A stretch of DNA of 64,000 nucleotides from an uncultured Clostridia bacterium (GTDB lineage: Bacteria; Bacillota; Clostridia; TANB77; CAG-465). The stretch covers positions 141,269-205,268 of the forward strand of contig CAKPOO010000002.1 of the NCBI GenBank assembly GCA_934169925.1. The letters run 5' to 3'. Both the position numbers and the translations under genes were made by a program. The notes beneath the pieces were generated by a model, which was not told the origin of the DNA, ran no database searches, and saw only the letters and a program-made list of their open reading frames with translations. Below are positions 59,113 through 64,000 of the stretch, piece after piece; positions within the stretch are counted from its first letter, which is position 1; each line of letters starts with the position of its first letter.

Positions 59113-59493
59113 ATGGATTTTAAGAATTTTAAATTTGATAAAAATAGTTTATTAAAAATAATTTTAGAAATTATAGTAGGGGTAATTTTAGTTGTAACTG
59201 TTATAAATATAATACCAGTTCGTGATTTTTATGATGATTTAACAATAAAAAATCTTGATTTAACAAGAGAAGAGTTATTAACAAAATACACATTAATTAT
59301 GTTTTTTATTTCTATTTTGTTATTTTTAGCAGGATTTTTATTAGTAAAATTTGCATTTTATATACCATCTTACGTAAATAAATTTAAAGCTACTGTAGGA
59401 AATAAAAAGCAAGATAATAAAATAAATGATAGTGTTAGTAGTGAAGAAAAAATGTCAAGTACCACACAAATATATGATGACGATGATGAATAA
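59113..59493 (+). CDS. Hypothetical small membrane protein with an acidic C terminus (DDDDE).
   Basis: GAGGAGAG RBS. Two TM helices. Confidence 0.35.
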   Translation: MDFKNFKFDKNSLLKIILEIIVGVILVVTVINIIPVRDFYDDLTIKNLDLTREELLTKYTLIMFFISILLFLAGFLLVKFAFYIPSYVNKFKATVGNKKQDNKINDSVSSEEKMSSTTQIYDDDDE

Positions 59494-59502
59494 TTTTATA
59501 GT

Positions 59503-59550
59503 AAGTTTATAAAGTAGATTTTAAAGTTTGCTTTATAAACTTATTTTTTT
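59503..59550 (+). terminator. Rho-independent terminator ending the dcw-sbp transcription unit.
   Basis: Perfect 12-bp stem aagtttataaag / ctttataaactt with a 16-nt loop, then ttttttt. Confidence 0.6.
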
Positions 59551-59601
59551 GTACATATTTTTATAATTAATTTAATATATTTTATTATAGGATGTGATTA
59601 T

Positions 59602-59961
59602 ATGAAATTATTAAAAAGTTATATAATAAATATTGCAATATCATTTTTGATTACTTTTTTGTTATTATGTTTGAGTGCAGCGATTTTTGCATATACTAAT
59701 ATAAATGATATACATATGCAAAGTTTTGTATTAGGAATTATAGTACTTTCAGTATTAGTAGGATCTTTTTTACTTACAATAAAATTAAAGAAAAAAGGAT
59801 TATTGTATGGTTTACTATATGGATTTATATATTTTATATTAGTGTATATAATATCATGTATTTCAAATGGATTTATTATTTTTAATAATATTGCTTTGCT
59901 ATATTTGATTTTATCAGCAGTTTCAGGAATTATTGGTGGAATTATAGGAGTAAATGTATAA
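59602..59961 (+). CDS. Hypothetical 4-TM membrane protein directly upstream of spoIVB.
   Basis: Four hydrophobic helices. 6-nt gap to spoIVB suggests co-transcription. Confidence 0.4.
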   Translation: MKLLKSYIINIAISFLITFLLLCLSAAIFAYTNINDIHMQSFVLGIIVLSVLVGSFLLTIKLKKKGLLYGLLYGFIYFILVYIISCISNGFIIFNNIALLYLILSAVSGIIGGIIGVNV

Positions 59962-59967
59962 TAAATT

Positions 59968-60993
59968 ATGATTATAAATAAAAATAAAATAGTATCATTA
60001 TCAACGATAATATTTTTAACGATTGTTTTTATTATTTTGAATTTTACATCTTTTTTTAATATAGTTTATTCTAAAATTAATAAAAATAACGTAAAAAAAG
60101 AATTACCTAGTGTTTATGTTGGAGGAGAATGTGTCGGAATTAAACTTCTTGCAACTGGAGTACTAGTAATGGATGTTGATAGAGAAGATACAGATTTAAA
60201 AATTGGTGATATAATACTTAAAGTAAATGATCAGAAAATAGAATCTAATTTAGAACTTGTTGATTTTGCAAAAAAGTCTAATGGAGAAAATTTAAATTTA
60301 GAAGTAAATAGAAATGGAGAGATTATAAACGTTACTTTAACACCAATAATGGATAGTTTAAGTAATGAATATAAATTAGGGCTATGGGTAAAAGATAGTA
60401 GTGCAGGTATTGGTACTATCACTTTTTATAAAGAAGATGGTAAATTTGCAGCTCTTGGTCATGGTGTAACAGAAACAAAGCAAAATCAGATACTTCCAAT
60501 AACTAGTGGAGCTATAACTTTTACAAATGTATTTGATATAAAAAAAGGAGAAGCAAATAATCCAGGTGAATTAAAAGGAACACTTACTGATAAGATAGTT
60601 GGAGAAATTTTATCAAATAGTAAGGTAGGAATTTTTGGAAAAATGGACGATACTAGTTACTATAGTGAAAATGAGTTATTGCCACTTGCTTCTAAATTTG
60701 AAGTAAAAGAAGGAAAAGCAAAAATTATATGTACCTTAAAAAATAACACTAAAAAAGAGTATGAAGTAGAAATCCAAAAGATTATATATAATTCAGATAC
60801 TAATAGAGATTTAGTTATAAAAATTACTGATGAAGAATTATTAAATTCAACAGGTGGAATTGTTCAAGGTATGAGTGGTGCACCAGTAATTCAGGATGGT
60901 AAGATTGTTGGAGCGTTAACACATGTATTTTTAAGTGATCCAACGCGTGGTTATGGTGTGTTTATAGAGAGTATGATAGATGATGTTAAATAA
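59968..60993 (+). CDS. spoIVB: Stage IV sporulation protein B (S55 serine peptidase with PDZ domain).
   Basis: N-terminal TM/signal. PDZ-like segment (DIILKVNDQKIES…). S55 catalytic region (…AALGHGV…, GMSGAPVIQDGKIVGALTHVF). Confidence 0.8.
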   Translation: MIINKNKIVSLSTIIFLTIVFIILNFTSFFNIVYSKINKNNVKKELPSVYVGGECVGIKLLATGVLVMDVDREDTDLKIGDIILKVNDQKIESNLELVDFAKKSNGENLNLEVNRNGEIINVTLTPIMDSLSNEYKLGLWVKDSSAGIGTITFYKEDGKFAALGHGVTETKQNQILPITSGAITFTNVFDIKKGEANNPGELKGTLTDKIVGEILSNSKVGIFGKMDDTSYYSENELLPLASKFEVKEGKAKIICTLKNNTKKEYEVEIQKIIYNSDTNRDLVIKITDEELLNSTGGIVQGMSGAPVIQDGKIVGALTHVFLSDPTRGYGVFIESMIDDVK

Positions 60994-61167
60994 TATTTGC
61001 ATAATGCAAAGAGTATAGTTTCAATAAAAATAAATTATAGAAATTATACAATATTTTCATGATAAATTCAATTAAGACTCTTGATTTGATAGATAAAAAA
61101 TAGTACAATGAGCATATTAATATTAATAAATTAATTTATCAAATATCTTTGTAAAAGTAGGTAAAAT

Positions 61168-61623
61168 ATGGAAATTTTTGATTTAAAAGAAAAACTTGAA
61201 TATTTAGATGAAGTAGCAACTTTAGAGTATGAAGAGTGGGCACATGATAAAGAAGAAAATAAAAAAGAAAGAATTAAATTAAAAAAAGAAAAAATTTGCA
61301 AAATGTTTTCTAGTAAAAATTTTTGTAAATTAATTTTAGTTGATAAGAATAATTTAATAGGGTTTATATCAATATTTCCGTCTGATTGTAAAGAGGAAGA
61401 AAAACTTACCCCTTGGTATGCCACAATGTATGTAAAAAAAGAATGTAGAAATAAGGGATATTCTAAAATACTAAATAATGCAATATTAAAAGAAGCAAAA
61501 AATAGAGGATTTAAAACTATATATTTAAAAACTGATCTTGAAAATTATTACGAAAAATTTGGTGCTAAGTATATAAAAAAGTTAAATTCTGGTGAAAAGC
61601 TTTATAAATTTGAACTGAAATAA
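61168..61623 (+). CDS. GNAT-family N-acetyltransferase.
   Basis: Acetyl-CoA-binding motif …KECRNKGYSKILNNAILKEAKNRGFKTIYL… (R/Q-x-x-G-x-G/A pattern). Confidence 0.65.
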   Translation: MEIFDLKEKLEYLDEVATLEYEEWAHDKEENKKERIKLKKEKICKMFSSKNFCKLILVDKNNLIGFISIFPSDCKEEEKLTPWYATMYVKKECRNKGYSKILNNAILKEAKNRGFKTIYLKTDLENYYEKFGAKYIKKLNSGEKLYKFELK

Positions 61624-61654
61624 AATTGATTAAAATATTATGTAATATATAATA

Positions 61655-61688
61655 TAAATGAGGTCTTATATATAGACTTCATTTTTTA
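61655..61688 (+). terminator. Terminator after the GNAT gene.
   Basis: Hairpin aaatgaggtct / agacttcattt with loop tatatat, then ttttt. Confidence 0.5.
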
Positions 61689-61775
61689 TGATTAAAATAG
61701 TTAAAAAATATGAATTTTATTGTAGAAAAATGTAGACTATGTTATAATTTATAGTAGGTAAACTTAGGAGGAAGT

Positions 61776-64000
61776 ATGAAAAATCGTAGAAAAAAGATTT
61801 TTACATTTTCTATAATAAGTGTCATTTCTTTTATTAGTATTTTTGCTATTTGCAATTTTAATAGTGTAAATAGTGTTTCTGATAATAAAAGTGAAGTTTA
61901 TTATAATAATGTGGAACAAGAAAAAAATGTAGAAGAGGAAAAATTTGTTTATTTATCTGATTTAGATTATATAGAGGATAATAAATGGTCATATGCAGGA
62001 TATGGATCTTTAAAAAAAGACAAAAATATTGAAGATGGAACAATTAGTTTGATTGTAGGTGGTGCTAAAAAGATTTTCGTAAAAGGTCTTGGAATTCATG
62101 CAACAGGCCAAGTAACATATGATATTTCTGATTTATCTAGTAAATATACAAGATTTTTAGCAAAAGCAGGTGTAGACTCTTCAAAAGGAACTAATGGAAG
62201 TGTAACTTTTGAGGTTTTAGTTTCAAATGATGGAATTTCTTTTGTATCATTGTATAAAACTGGTATTTTACGTGGAAATAGTGAAGCAAGTGATATTAAT
62301 ATTGATATATCAGGGTATAAATATTTAAGAATTTATGTTGATAAATCAATTAATGGAAATTCATATGATCATGGAGTTTTAGCAGATGCAAAAATTGTAA
62401 AAGATGATTATACTAAAGAAGATACTGAATATACTAAAATTCATAAATTAGAGTATTATGATAATATCTTAAATAGTAACACTACAAAAGATAATATGAA
62501 TAATAATTATCGTTTAATACTAGAAAGAGAATTTGTTAATAAAATTGGTTATGATGAAATACAAGCTTTGGTAAATACATATTCTAAATATAGAAAAACA
62601 CTTGATTGGATATTAGAAAATGATGAAACATTAGAACAAATTATAGAGGTTGGAGAAGTAAATGGACCTTCTTTTATTACTACTTTGGCTGATTTATATA
62701 CTCAAAATAAAGAAATTTTAAGTAGTAAAAATGGTAAAATTTATCAAAAAATGATGATAGGTCTTGCTGCTACTTATTCAACAGATAAGGTAGCTTCTGC
62801 TTTACAATTTGGACATATGGTAGCATCTTATGATTATTTGGAAAGATTTGATATTTATAAAAATATGTATGATACTACAACTTTAGGCATTTATAAAGAG
62901 GCATTTAATAATTATCCAATGGAATTAATAAGATCTGTTATGAGCGATGGTGCTCGTAATGATGAAATAAAGTGGCTTAATTATTATACTAAGAGTAAGG
63001 ATTATAATCAAAGTGTTTATTCATACGTAAATCATACTGGTACCGGTGTTGGATATAATGATGAAAAATATCATAACGAAGCATATAAAGAAGAGTATGA
63101 TAAAAAATACAAATTATCTTTATATAATGTACCTTTTGCAGATGCAGTTCAAAGATACTGGATGGTTATTGATAAAGGTGGAATTTGTTGGAATCAATCA
63201 CGTGTTTTCCAATCTTTATTTAATAGTATAGCAAGTCCAACAATAGGTTCTTATCAACCAGCACATGAAGTTTCATTTTATTTTATACCTAATAGCGATG
63301 GTACTGGAAAATGGAATATGGCAAATAACATATTTGGTTGGGGAAAAACTGCAACATCTTGGTATGGTGGAAATACCTATAGAACAATATTTAATTGGGG
63401 GAATAAATCATTTACGGATAAAATAATAAGTTCTAATACTTATGGAAATAATGCAGGATATATTTATTTAGCTCAAGAAAACCTTAATAGATATGATGAT
63501 TATAAAAAATCATTATACTTAAATTTACTTGCTAATTCTTATACTGAAAATAGTAAAAAGATTGAAACATATAATTTAGCTTTAGATAATATTAATATTA
63601 ATTTAGATAGCTACGATTATATAATTAATACATACAAGAAAATGGATAATATAACAAGTGATGATTGGTACAATTTAGCTTTAGAAATTATTTCTAATTA
63701 TACATATTATCCAATGGCTATGAATGATTTATTAAAAGTTATTACTCCTTATCTTGACGGAGCAAAATTAATAGATATAAATAACAAAGAATATAATGCT
63801 TTAAAAATTGCTTCAAAAGCAACATCTGAGAATGTTTTACACGATCAAGCAGCAAGAGAAATTGCAAATGTACTTTTAAATAATATTGATTCAGAAATTG
63901 CATCTTTTTCATTCGATGGAAAAAATGCTAATAAGATAGTGTTTAATGATTTATATAAAAATTATGACATAGCATGGCATTATAGTTTAGATGGTGGTAT
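61776..64000 (+). CDS. Secreted NPCBM-domain protein, 3'-truncated by the window edge: signal peptide, NPCBM carbohydrate-binding module, then a large unassigned domain.
   Basis: AGGAGG RBS. Signal peptide MKNRRKKIFTFSIISVISFISIFA. NPCBM-like block YLSDLDYIEDNKWSYAGYGSL…KGLGIHATGQVTYDI…KAGVDSSKGTNGSVTFEVLVSNDG. Open frame to the window end. Confidence 0.6.
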   Translation, partial: MKNRRKKIFTFSIISVISFISIFAICNFNSVNSVSDNKSEVYYNNVEQEKNVEEEKFVYLSDLDYIEDNKWSYAGYGSLKKDKNIEDGTISLIVGGAKKIFVKGLGIHATGQVTYDISDLSSKYTRFLAKAGVDSSKGTNGSVTFEVLVSNDGISFVSLYKTGILRGNSEASDINIDISGYKYLRIYVDKSINGNSYDHGVLADAKIVKDDYTKEDTEYTKIHKLEYYDNILNSNTTKDNMNNNYRLILEREFVNKIGYDEIQALVNTYSKYRKTLDWILENDETLEQIIEVGEVNGPSFITTLADLYTQNKEILSSKNGKIYQKMMIGLAATYSTDKVASALQFGHMVASYDYLERFDIYKNMYDTTTLGIYKEAFNNYPMELIRSVMSDGARNDEIKWLNYYTKSKDYNQSVYSYVNHTGTGVGYNDEKYHNEAYKEEYDKKYKLSLYNVPFADAVQRYWMVIDKGGICWNQSRVFQSLFNSIASPTIGSYQPAHEVSFYFIPNSDGTGKWNMANNIFGWGKTATSWYGGNTYRTIFNWGNKSFTDKIISSNTYGNNAGYIYLAQENLNRYDDYKKSLYLNLLANSYTENSKKIETYNLALDNININLDSYDYIINTYKKMDNITSDDWYNLALEIISNYTYYPMAMNDLLKVITPYLDGAKLIDINNKEYNALKIASKATSENVLHDQAAREIANVLLNNIDSEIASFSFDGKNANKIVFNDLYKNYDIAWHYSLDGG

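Noticed and set aside
1-64000. Searched for CRISPR arrays, rRNA/tRNA genes, IS elements, integrases or recombinases and prophage genes
   Set aside because: No spacer-repeat arrays, no transposase or integrase-like ORFs and no structural RNA signatures (apart from the T-box-like leader) were seen. The window appears to be chromosomal backbone with small insertions.

Overview
Low-GC (roughly 27-30 percent) chromosomal segment from an endospore-forming Firmicute, Clostridia-like, as shown by spoIIE, spoIVB, a SpoVD-type PBP, spoVE/ftsW and four-subunit 2-oxoacid:ferredoxin oxidoreductase genes. Almost all genes are on the + strand and the region is mostly housekeeping. From start to end it contains: the 3' part of smc, dinB, a minus-strand porGDAB-type oxidoreductase operon, comEC, a zinc-ribbon ClpE-like ATPase (minus strand), scpB, addB, spoIIE, the glycolytic block gap-pgk-tpi-gpmI, RNase J, a GluRS-family ligase, a type-2 ileS behind a T-box-like leader, nifS/iscS, and a dcw cluster (mraZ-rsmH-ftsL-PBP-murE-mraY-ftsW/spoVE-murG-ftsQ/divIB-DUF881-sbp) that ends at spoIVB, then a GNAT gene and a partial secreted NPCBM-domain protein. 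Accessory or unexplained content is concentrated in four places. (1) 12.6-15.7 kb: a cysteine-poor radical-SAM/SPASM-like protein bracketed by two paralogous bitopic membrane proteins, sitting where scpA would be expected. (2) 31.1-33.4 kb: a terminator-bounded three-gene island of unknown function. (3) 38.7-39.5 kb: a class-I Fic toxin with a small antitoxin carrying the SxxxEN inhibitory motif. (4) 39.5-42.9 kb: tandem small bitopic membrane paralogs, one disrupted by an A7 homopolymer frameshift, followed by a 728-aa cytoplasmic transglutaminase-like protein translationally coupled to a 77-aa ORF. Regulatory elements visible in the sequence include GTGG direct repeats of an MraZ operator, five A-rich direct repeats in the mraZ-rsmH spacer, a T-box-like ileS leader with an AUC specifier, and many rho-independent terminators. 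No CRISPR arrays, rRNA/tRNA genes, IS elements or integrases were found.
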